From positions 10,137 to 74,136 of the forward strand of contig PNEW01000001.1 in assembly GCA_002922725.1 (NCBI GenBank): DNA of 64,000 nucleotides, written 5' to 3'. Made by a program: the position numbers and the translations under genes. Below the pieces are notes generated by a model. It was given only the letters and a program-made list of their open reading frames with translations. It did no database searches and was not told the origin of the DNA. The DNA comes from Verrucomicrobia bacterium Opi.OSU.00C. GTDB lineage: Bacteria; Verrucomicrobiota; Verrucomicrobiia; Opitutales; PNEW01. Below, piece after piece: positions 20,394-28,780 of this stretch. The first letter of the stretch is position 1, and each line of letters starts with the position of its first letter.

Positions 20394-22397
20394 ATGGAAT
20401 TCCCGAGTTCATGGAACGAGTTACCTACTGACTTTATCCCCATTGATTTCCGTAATGAGTTAAATGATGAGCAGTATGCAGCAGTAAGTGCTGAGCCAGG
20501 TCCGGCTTTAGTGTTAGCTGGAGCTGGTTCCGGCAAAACTCGAACACTCACCTATCGAGTGGCTTGGCTTCTTACTCACGGTGTCCAACCGGGAGAAATT
20601 TTGCTTCTTACATTTACGAACAAAGCTGCTCATGAAATGTTGAACCGGGTTGAAAATTTAACCAATGTTTCGATGCGTAAATTTTGGGGTGGCACTTTTC
20701 ATCATATTGCTCAGCGGATTCTTCGAGTTCATGGAAAAGCGATAGGATTAGAACCACATTTCAACATCTTAGATCAAAGTGATGCAAATTCACTTTTAAA
20801 TGCTACCATTCGTGAAAATGATAAAGACTTTTTAAAAAATAAAGACCATCCCAAGGTTAAAGTTATATCAGACATCATTAGTCTAGCGCGGAATACACTA
20901 CTTTCAATCGATGAAACTATTGATAATAAATACCCATATTTTGATTATCTCACTGATAAGATCAAATATTTTAATTCTATTTATCAGGAAAATAAGCTAA
21001 AACAGCAAGTAGTGGACTTTGACGATCTACTTGATCACTGGTTAAAACTATTACGCCAAGATAAATCTATAGCTACACAGTATCAAGAACGATTTAAGCA
21101 TATCTTGGTTGATGAATATCAGGATACGAACAAGATTCAGTCTGAGCTTATAGACCTATTAGGATTAAACCATCAAATTATGGCTGTAGGTGATGATGCA
21201 CAATGTATCTATACTTGGCGAGGGGCTAACTTTGAAAATATAATGACATTTTCTGACCGTCATCCTGGTACAGTCATCCACAAAATTGAAATTAATTATC
21301 GTAGTACTCCTGAAATTCTTAATCTGGCTAACGGGATTCTTTCTGCTCAACCACTGGGTATGGGCTATAGGAAAGAACTTCGAGCGGTGCGATCTTCAAA
21401 CCTGATCCCTTTTGTAATCCCTGTCATTGATGGGAAAAAACAAGCTCAATTTATTATGAAACGTATGGAGGGTCTTATCGATCAAGGGTATCAGCTTTCA
21501 GATATGGCTGTACTCTACCGCGCTCATCACCATGCTATTGATATGCAGATTGAACTTTCTCGGGCAAGCATCCCGTTTATCATTACCAGTGGTGTTCGGT
21601 TTTTTGAGCAATCACATATCAAGGATTTAGTTTCACAACTAGCTTATGTGTATAATCCACAAGATATTTCCGCTTTTCAACGTTTTACATGCCTATTACC
21701 AAGAATAGGTGAAAGAACGTCCAAACGTCTCCATCGTCTCATAATACAGGAAGCAAGTGATAGGGGCATTACTCCGATACAAGCTTTTAATGTTGAGGAG
21801 GTTATGAAAAAAGTGCCTAATGATGCACAGGAAAATTGGCATGATATAGCATACACACTGCAAGATGTGGCTGCCGTCGTTGGTAGTCAAACACCGAGGG
21901 AAATTGTAAAAATAACAATTGAAGGCTGGTATAGCAGTTATATTCGAAATCTATATAGTAATTGGAGTGATAGGATTGATGACCTTGAGAGTTTAGCTGG
22001 ATTTGCTCATCGATTTGATGATATGACTGAATTGCTTTCTCAACTTGTTCTTCTTAACTCAGAAATAAGTGATCGTGGTATAGACCCGAATTTCGATGCA
22101 CTTCGTTTAACCACAGTACATCAGGCTAAAGGATTGGAATTCCCCATTGTATTTATCATCGGCTTAGCAGAAGGCCTTTTCCCTAATAAACACGCAATGG
22201 AAGAAGATAACCTAGATGAGGAGAGACGGTTGTTTTATGTAGCTATTACTCGCGCTAAGGATGAACTCTATTTATCTTATCCAATGATAAATGAACACGG
22301 TGGCCCATCGATGCGGTTGAAACCAAGTCGTTTTCTCGATGAATTAGACCATGAGCATTACGAGATCCTACGCATTCATGAAACGGCGAACTGGTAA
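20394..22397 (+). CDS. UvrD/PcrA/Rep family ATP-dependent DNA helicase
   Basis: 667 aa. Walker A AGAGSGKTRTLTYR, DEYQDTN box, and late SF1 motifs (TVHQAKGLEF, YVAITRAK). Confidence 0.9.
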   Translation: MEFPSSWNELPTDFIPIDFRNELNDEQYAAVSAEPGPALVLAGAGSGKTRTLTYRVAWLLTHGVQPGEILLLTFTNKAAHEMLNRVENLTNVSMRKFWGGTFHHIAQRILRVHGKAIGLEPHFNILDQSDANSLLNATIRENDKDFLKNKDHPKVKVISDIISLARNTLLSIDETIDNKYPYFDYLTDKIKYFNSIYQENKLKQQVVDFDDLLDHWLKLLRQDKSIATQYQERFKHILVDEYQDTNKIQSELIDLLGLNHQIMAVGDDAQCIYTWRGANFENIMTFSDRHPGTVIHKIEINYRSTPEILNLANGILSAQPLGMGYRKELRAVRSSNLIPFVIPVIDGKKQAQFIMKRMEGLIDQGYQLSDMAVLYRAHHHAIDMQIELSRASIPFIITSGVRFFEQSHIKDLVSQLAYVYNPQDISAFQRFTCLLPRIGERTSKRLHRLIIQEASDRGITPIQAFNVEEVMKKVPNDAQENWHDIAYTLQDVAAVVGSQTPREIVKITIEGWYSSYIRNLYSNWSDRIDDLESLAGFAHRFDDMTELLSQLVLLNSEISDRGIDPNFDALRLTTVHQAKGLEFPIVFIIGLAEGLFPNKHAMEEDNLDEERRLFYVAITRAKDELYLSYPMINEHGGPSMRLKPSRFLDELDHEHYEILRIHETANW

Positions 22398-22436
22398 ATC
22401 ATGAGGTTTACTATAAATTCTAGTTCTATCTATATA

Positions 22437-22844
22437 CTAATATTTAGATTTTAAATTTCGGTAAATTGAAGACTTGAATTTATCAGGCTTATGAGAGGCA
22501 AGGGTAATAATTTTACTATGGAAAATTTTTTCCCTTAACCCCAAAGGTGTTTTTTGATCATAACCAAGAGCAATAATATCCGGATTTATTTCTTTTACCA
22601 CTTTTAAAAAATTCAACCCAGGGTATCCCAATCTTACGTCATCGACATAATCGAGTTCCTTAACTTTTTTCATACGGACTATTTCCTTGTAGAAGGGGTA
22701 TTTCCCTTTAATTTTGTTTACATTCTCATCGCGAGCAATGACAACATAAAGTTTATCTCCCAACTCAGAGGCCTGCCTAAGAAAATAAAGATGGCCAGGA
22801 TGCAAGAAGTCAAAAGTCCCGCAACAGAGTACACGTGTTTTCAT
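22437..22844 (-). CDS. Small cytidylyltransferase-fold nucleotidyltransferase, archaeal RibL (FMN adenylyltransferase)-like
   Basis: 135 aa. CGTFDFLHPGHLYFL (the (H/T)xGH motif), LYVVIARDENVNKIKGK and PDIIALGYDQ resemble RibL as I recall it. TagD-like or other family members cannot be excluded. Confidence 0.6.
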   Translation of the reverse strand: MKTRVLCCGTFDFLHPGHLYFLRQASELGDKLYVVIARDENVNKIKGKYPFYKEIVRMKKVKELDYVDDVRLGYPGLNFLKVVKEINPDIIALGYDQKTPLGLREKIFHSKIITLASHKPDKFKSSIYRNLKSKY

Positions 22845-22880
22845 CGGAAAATAAATGGCTAAGATGAAAAGTGAGGATAT

Positions 22881-23664
22881 TCAGCTATCTTTGTGAAGGA
22901 CGGATTCATGCCAATGGCGAAGAAGATACCAGTTTAAAACTAACACTGTGGAGACAAAAATGAATCCAAGGGCACAGGCGACAATTGCAGTTGCGAAGAG
23001 CTCAGGGATTTTTAATTGTGAATTATAGACGACTACCATGAATCCCAGTCCTCCACTGCCAGAAGCACTACCTGCAAATATTTCTCCCGTCAAAGCACCA
23101 ATGATGGCTAAGGAGGCTGCAATTTTTAGACCAGTAAAAAAATAGGGCAGTGAATGGGGAACACGCAAAAAAAATATCTCTTGTAGCTTGTTTGCGTTAT
23201 ATAGAGTAAACAGATCAACCATGTTTTTTTTCTGTAGATATTAAACCCTGCGTTGTATTAGCGACAATAGGAAAAAACCCAATCATGAAAGTAATAGTCG
23301 CTACGCTAGGCAAACCTGGGCCTAGCCAAAGAACAAAAAGGGGGACCATGACGATTACTGGGATCATTTGTAGGAACAATATCCAAGGGTATAGTGAGGC
23401 CTTTATCCATGGCGACGAAGAAAGGATTAATGCCAGAGCGAAGCCAATACTGCCAGCAGAAATAAAACCAATAACTGCACCGACAATGGTTTCCTGTGCA
23501 GCTTTAAAAAGTATATCTTTTTCTCTAATACCAGCATATATAATTTCATCGGGACTAGGCAAAATATAGTATGGAATATCATTAATCAATTTAATGCCGT
23601 ACCAAATACCAATCATAAAAAAACCAGTAATTAGAGGAAGAAGCCAATTTAAACGATTATTCAT
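22881..23664 (-). pseudogene. ABC transporter permease (NitT/TauT: SsuC/TauC/ThiX-like), split into two ORFs by a frameshift in an A8 run
   Basis: ORFs 23215..23664 (149 aa) and 22881..23222 (113 aa) together give one normal-length permease. The junction is at T8 23224-23231 (A8 in sense). Reading it as A7 gives ...GLISTEKNMVDLFTLYNANKLQEIFFLRVPHSLPYFFTGLKIA, which is the conserved cytoplasmic-loop region of this family. Confidence 0.8.
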
Positions 23665-23667
23665 GAA

Positions 23668-24432
23668 TTATCTCTCTACGGATCTGAGATGATGAGAAAC
23701 ATCGGCTACTGCTTGCTGATATTCTAAGGATTCTCTAAGTTCGGGGTTCCGTGGATAAGGGAAATTGATATCGATTATTTTATAAATACGACCCGGGTTA
23801 GCAGAAAGTATGATGATACGGGAAGATAGGAAAACTGCTTCGGGAACAGAATGAGTGACAAACAGTGCCGTCCATTCTTCTTGTGTACGAATAGTCAGTA
23901 ACTCTTCATTAAGATGGTCTCGAGCCATTTCATCAAGAGAACCAAAGGGCTCATCGAGTAGTAAAATTTTAGGTGAAAGGGTGAGTGCCCGTGCAATGGA
24001 AACGCGCATTTGCATTCCCCCAGATAACTGTCTCGGATAATAATCTTTAACCGTTGATAAACCGACTAATTCGATCAGTCTATTTGCAGTTTCTTTTCGT
24101 TTGTTTTTTCTCCATTTAAGTAATCTAAGAGGAACCTGTATGTTGTTGGTGACCGTCAACCAGGGAAGTAAAGTTGCTTCTTGAAAAATATAGGCCATCG
24201 ACCCTCTCGCTTCTTCCGGACTCTTATTGTCAACTTTGAGGTCACCTTTTGTGGTAGATATCAATCCTGAAACCAACTTAAGGATCGTTGATTTGCCACA
24301 ACCACTGGGACCGATCAGAGAGATAAATTCTCCTTTAAAAATAGTCAGATCAATAGCTTCAATGACGGGTTTTCCTCGCCCGTAGCTTTTCCCGACGTTT
24401 TTAAATGATAGTTGAGCAGATTTTTTTATCAT
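23668..24432 (-). CDS. ABC transporter ATP-binding protein (NitT/TauT family)
   Basis: 254 aa. Walker A GPSGCGKST, signature LSGGMQMRVSIARAL, Walker B LLLDEPFGSLD. There is a 3-bp gap to the permease. Confidence 0.92.
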   Translation of the reverse strand: MIKKSAQLSFKNVGKSYGRGKPVIEAIDLTIFKGEFISLIGPSGCGKSTILKLVSGLISTTKGDLKVDNKSPEEARGSMAYIFQEATLLPWLTVTNNIQVPLRLLKWRKNKRKETANRLIELVGLSTVKDYYPRQLSGGMQMRVSIARALTLSPKILLLDEPFGSLDEMARDHLNEELLTIRTQEEWTALFVTHSVPEAVFLSSRIIILSANPGRIYKIIDINFPYPRNPELRESLEYQQAVADVSHHLRSVER

Positions 24433-24525
24433 GATGTGTGTTTAAGCAGCTAATGTTTGAAGGTGATCGTAGCAAGGACAAGAAATAACTTGTCATCAAA
24501 TAGATTATATTTAGAACCTGAATCC

Positions 24526-25482
24526 ATGAATATTGTTGTATTAGATGGTTTTACTATGCACCTGGGAGCTGAACTCTGGGATCAATTTAAAGGTTTTGGA
24601 GAATTAACCATATATGATCGAACTGAAGATAAAGATATCATTGATCGTACGATAGATGCTGAAATAGTCCTTACAAATAAAGTCCCATTAAGAGCCGAAA
24701 CGTTAGCTCAATTACCTAAACTACGTTTTATTGCTGTTCTCGCTACAGGTTATAATGTGGTTGATATTGAGGCGGCACGAAGTCGGGGTATCCCGGTTTC
24801 CAATATTCCCATTTATGGGACGGATTCAGTCTCTCAGCATGCAACATCTCTTATTCTTGAATTAAGTAACAACGTAGGTATGCACGACCAGTCAGTTAAA
24901 AGGGGAGATTGGAGCAACAATGAAGATTGGACATACTGGAATAAAGATGTATTAGCTCTGACTGGCCTTACTTTGGGGATTGTTGGATATGGTCGCATTG
25001 GTCGCTTGGTCGGTGAGATTGCGCATGCGCTGGGAATGAAGATTTGGGCTAATGATGTTATTGAAGCAAATCCACCTAACTATGAGGGATTTGCTTGGAA
25101 AAGTATATCCGATTTATTTGCTGGGGCTGATTTCATTACCTTGCATTGTAATTTAACACCTGAAAATACTGGGTTTGTAAATACTGATCTGCTAAAAACA
25201 ATGAAACAAAGCGCATATGTCATCAACACTGCACGAGGACCTCTAATCAATGATCAAGATTTAGCTGATGCTCTCAATAACGGTATTATAGCAGGAGCGG
25301 GTGTAGATGTTGTCTCTCAGGAACCGATTAACAATGATAATCCTCTTTTGAAAGCAAAAAACTGTATTCTCACTCCGCATATTGCTTGGAGTAGTAATTT
25401 GGCACGTGAGCGTTTATTGAACATTGCCGTGGATAATGTTCGTGCTTTTTTGGAGGGGAAGCCAGTTAATGTTGTTAATTAA
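24526..25482 (+). CDS. D-isomer-specific 2-hydroxyacid dehydrogenase (glycerate/hydroxypyruvate reductase-like)
   Basis: The track ORF begins at a TTG at 24457. The in-frame ATG at 24526 (MNIVVLDG) fits the family N-terminus. NAD motif GIVGYGRIGRLV, NTARGPLI, and catalytic His context TPHIAW. Confidence 0.88.
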   Translation: MNIVVLDGFTMHLGAELWDQFKGFGELTIYDRTEDKDIIDRTIDAEIVLTNKVPLRAETLAQLPKLRFIAVLATGYNVVDIEAARSRGIPVSNIPIYGTDSVSQHATSLILELSNNVGMHDQSVKRGDWSNNEDWTYWNKDVLALTGLTLGIVGYGRIGRLVGEIAHALGMKIWANDVIEANPPNYEGFAWKSISDLFAGADFITLHCNLTPENTGFVNTDLLKTMKQSAYVINTARGPLINDQDLADALNNGIIAGAGVDVVSQEPINNDNPLLKAKNCILTPHIAWSSNLARERLLNIAVDNVRAFLEGKPVNVVN

Positions 25483-25571
25483 TCACCTGAAAATGATTTT
25501 TGTTATTGTCAGTTAAGATTTGGTTCTCAAGTAAGGCCTACCATTACGTGGGTATACAGTAGACAAGATAT

Positions 25572-26596
25572 ATGAAGTTTAAGCAATGGAGGGGTTTTAT
25601 TTGCCTGGTCGTATTTATGTGTTTTGAAGGGGTTTTAGAAGCAAATTTTACACTTTTTTGGCCAACTTCTAATTCCGCTTTCACCAAAGATAGCAAACTA
25701 GATTATTTAGTACAGCCGACTGAGTCAGGAAAGTTAAAATCAGGTTTGTTTGGGTGTGTTCGTAATAATGGTGAACAGTTTCATGAGGGGTTAGACCTCG
25801 CTCCGATTAGACGTGATCAAAAAGGTGAACCAATGGACCCTATTTTTGTTGCGATGGATGGGCGAGTTGTTTATATCAATCGGGTCGAAGTGAGTAGCAA
25901 TTATGGCTTATATATAGTAATTGAGCACTCTAATATTAAACCTACACTTTACACTTTATACGCACATTTACGAAGCATAAATATGAGTATAGAAGTTGGA
26001 GATAAAGTAAATGCAGGTGATAAAATTGGCGTTATGGGACGTACTGCTGGAGGGTATGCAATTCCCGCCAAGCGCGCACACCTTCATTTTGAAATTGGCC
26101 TGCGACTTAGTGATGCATTTGATAATTGGTATAAGAAGAAATATTCAAAACCTAATATTCATGGTAATTATAATGGCATAAATCTTATAGGGATTGATCC
26201 GCTCGACTTCTATGAAAAATATCAAGAGTGGGAAGTTGATAGTTTTTACACTTATATTAAAGCGTTACCTACAGCCTATGTATTGAGAGTTTACACTCAA
26301 AAAAAAACCCACTTTTTTTACGTCGCTATCCTGAGCTTATGCATAGTCAAATACAAACTGAAACCATAGCTGGATGGGATATCCATTTTACTTGGTGGGG
26401 ATTACCCGTAGGTTGGACCGCCCTTGAGCCAGTTAAAATGGATATGAAAAAAGAAACCCAAGTAAGTGTGTTAAGTTTTGACTATGAAAGCTTGAGAACA
26501 AACAAATGTAGAGAGACGATTTTATTGACGGAAAATGGTCCGAGGATAGGAGATCGATCTCGACAGGTATTGGAAATTATCTTCGATCAACTCTAA
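25572..26596 (+). pseudogene. Secreted M23 (LytM-type) metallopeptidase, reading frame broken near A9/T7 runs
   Basis: ORF 25572..26369 carries a signal-like N-terminus and the M23 motifs HEGLDLAP, YAHL and HLHFEI. ORF 26339..26596 continues in the -1 frame. That frame is open back through the A9 run (26299-26307) and the T7 run (26313-26319). Adding one base gives ...TQKKNPLFLRRYPELMHSQIQTE... Confidence 0.7.
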
Positions 26597-26704
26597 TATG
26601 AGATTAGATTTCGTGTATAATGAATATTATTTGCAATCTATTTTATTAAAATCGGCGAGTTTAAAGAGCAATTGATATCGAGAGGATGAAATCTTACCCC
26701 TATA

Positions 26705-27691
26705 TCAGCTCCAATCAAGCATACGCTTGATTGGCTTATATGCAGCCTTACGGGTCTTTTCATCCATTTCTATTTGAGGTTCTAAACTTAATAGAGAGTC
26801 TCTTAATTTTTCAATTGAATTCATTTTCATATAGCGACATTCATTACAGGCACAGCGATCGGTCGGACCAGCAACGAATGTTTTCTCAGGGACTTCTCGT
26901 TGAAGGCGATGGAGCATGCCCATTTCCGTAACTACGATGATGGTATCAGCTGCTTGTTCTCTGCAAAATGAAACCATTTTTTCTGTACTACAAACTTCAT
27001 CTGCCATATCGCGTACCATTGTTGTGCATTCAGGATGGGCGACAATGGGTGCATCAGGAAACCTTTCTTTGATACTTTCCAACGTACGTAAAGTAAATAA
27101 TACATGGATATAACAACTACCTGGCCATAGACGCATAGAGCGGCCGGTTTTATTGGCAACCCATTGTCCCAAATTCTGGTCTGGAACAAAAAGGATTTCA
27201 CGATCTTTTGGGATCTTATTGACGATATTTATGGCATTTCCACTGGTACAAATGACATCACTCTGAGCCTTTACCTCAGCAGAACAATTTATATAGGCGA
27301 CTACATAGAGATGGGGATTTTTTTCTTTATATGCTTTTAATTTATCTGCGGAGCAGGAATCAGAAAGTGAACAACCTGCCTCAAGATCTGGTAAAATAAC
27401 CCGTTTGCCTGGATTAACTATCTTTGCCGTTTCCGCCATGAAATGTACGCCACAAAAAAGGATGACTTCAGCATCTGTCTCAGCTGCTTTGTAAGATAAT
27501 CCTAGCGAATCACCCACGAAATCAGCCACATGTTGAATGGGTTCGATTTGATAATTATGAGAGAGGATAATCGCATCTCGATCTTTTTTTAATTTTAAAA
27601 TTTCCTTCTCAATTTTGGTAAAGGAATTTATATCCCGTCCGGCATTAGGTTGGAAGATCATGGGGGTAAAAGGTAATTTAGTTATCGGCAT
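26705..27691 (-). CDS. nadA: Quinolinate synthase A
   Basis: 328 aa. ILSHNYQ...VADFVGDSLGLS, and Cys residues in CGVHFM, YINCSAE and GSCYIHV contexts typical of the NadA [4Fe-4S] protein. Confidence 0.93.
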   Translation of the reverse strand: MPITKLPFTPMIFQPNAGRDINSFTKIEKEILKLKKDRDAIILSHNYQIEPIQHVADFVGDSLGLSYKAAETDAEVILFCGVHFMAETAKIVNPGKRVILPDLEAGCSLSDSCSADKLKAYKEKNPHLYVVAYINCSAEVKAQSDVICTSGNAINIVNKIPKDREILFVPDQNLGQWVANKTGRSMRLWPGSCYIHVLFTLRTLESIKERFPDAPIVAHPECTTMVRDMADEVCSTEKMVSFCREQAADTIIVVTEMGMLHRLQREVPEKTFVAGPTDRCACNECRYMKMNSIEKLRDSLLSLEPQIEMDEKTRKAAYKPIKRMLDWS

Positions 27692-27779
27692 GATTAATGT
27701 CTATTGGGCTTGTAACTGATCATTAAGTATTTTTTCAAATATGATCATCATTCATTTGCAGACTCAAGGATCTCGTTCT

Positions 27780-28142
27780 CTAGGTTTGAATTTTATGCTC
27801 TTCCAGGATTTTTTTAAAATTTGCATAATTATGAAGCCCTTTAAGATCCTGATCTTGTATCATCCATTTAAAATCATTATAGCCTTTACCAATTGCATCT
27901 TTTAAACTTTGAACTGCTTCTGCTCTGCGTTCTAGGAGGGCGTAACTGCAAGCAAGATTGTAGTGGGCCGTAGGATTTTCAGGTCGGAGTTTTACCAATT
28001 TACGGTCTAATTTTAATCCTTCCTTATAACGCCTGCTACGGGTATAAAGTTCACCTAATATTTCAATGACTTCAATATTCTTGGTGTCCTTTCGCAATAA
28101 GCTCTCGAAAAATTCAATCTCAAATTCAAATTTTTCACTCAT
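27780..28142 (-). CDS. Small TPR-repeat protein
   Basis: 120 aa. Two to three TPR-like helix pairs (GELYTRSRRYKEGL, AHYNLACSYALLERRAEAV). 17 bp downstream of fur. Confidence 0.6.
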   Translation of the reverse strand: MSEKFEFEIEFFESLLRKDTKNIEVIEILGELYTRSRRYKEGLKLDRKLVKLRPENPTAHYNLACSYALLERRAEAVQSLKDAIGKGYNDFKWMIQDQDLKGLHNYANFKKILEEHKIQT

Positions 28143-28159
28143 AGCAAATACGACTGGAT

Positions 28160-28651
28160 TTATACCATACGATCTTCCTTGTTTTCACAGGTCTGTAGAT
28201 CTTTGAGTTTTAAACAGTGAGCGTGAACTTGTAAACGTTGTGTTTCCGGCTTGAGGCCTAGTTTTTCTGATACTGTGTTACCATACCACTCTAAAAACGG
28301 TGCATCGATTTCAAATATTTTTTCACAATCAAGGCAAACAATCTGTGCACGTTCGTTTTTTTGTCCTTTGTGTGCAAGATAAAATTTGTTATCATGCCCA
28401 ATATCGATTTCTTTAACCAATCCGCTTTCAGTTAAAATAGGCAAAGTTCGATAAACTGTAGCACGTGAAACTGATGGATCAATTTTGCGTGAAAAATCAA
28501 GTAATTCTTCCGCCGTGAAGTGTTCAATATGGTTAAAAGCGGCATCAAAAATTGCCATTCTCTGATTAGTGATGCGGAGGCTTTTTGTCGCGAGAAAATC
28601 TTTAAAGGAGATTCTCGACTTATTGATTATATCAGATTTTAATGTATTCAA
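28160..28651 (-). CDS. Fur family metalloregulator (Fur/Zur/PerR-type)
   Basis: 163 aa with a TTG start. Winged-helix part ([10 protein letters not shown]...HFTAEEL...SRATVYRTL) and CxxC pair contexts (CLDCEKIF...HAHC). Confidence 0.85.
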   Translation of the reverse strand: MNTLKSDIINKSRISFKDFLATKSLRITNQRMAIFDAAFNHIEHFTAEELLDFSRKIDPSVSRATVYRTLPILTESGLVKEIDIGHDNKFYLAHKGQKNERAQIVCLDCEKIFEIDAPFLEWYGNTVSEKLGLKPETQRLQVHAHCLKLKDLQTCENKEDRMV

Positions 28652-28664
28652 TGGGCGGCTTATT

Positions 28665-28683
28665 AATAATGAGACTAATTAAA
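28665..28683. promoter_or_regulatory. Weak Fur-box-like sequence in the fur/priA divergent region
   Basis: AATAATGAGACTAATTAAA matches the classical 19-bp Fur box GATAATGATAATCATTATC at 13/19 positions by my hand alignment. The region is AT-rich, so a chance match is plausible. Confidence 0.2.
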
Positions 28684-28780
28684 CAATAAGTTTACTTTAA
28701 TAGAGCGCAAGCTATAACCCGAAAATATGTTCAATATAGGTCTAAAATAATTTTATTAGAACATTCTGATTAGCAAAATC

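Noticed and set aside
23224-23231. Programmed ribosomal frameshifting or transcriptional slippage at the A8 runs (also 58687-58694 and 26299-26307)
   Set aside because: No known recoding context was seen (stimulatory structure, conserved slippery heptamer, or a known recoded gene family). The genes involved are unrelated. Other equally long runs are in frame, and purL is broken without a long run. Indel error or simple mutation is the more economical explanation. It is kept as a check in the findings rather than claimed.
24433-24525. FMN or TPP riboswitch in the leader of the ABC transporter / RibL-like operon
   Set aside because: The leader is only about 90 nt, and I could not find the conserved cores of either riboswitch by eye.
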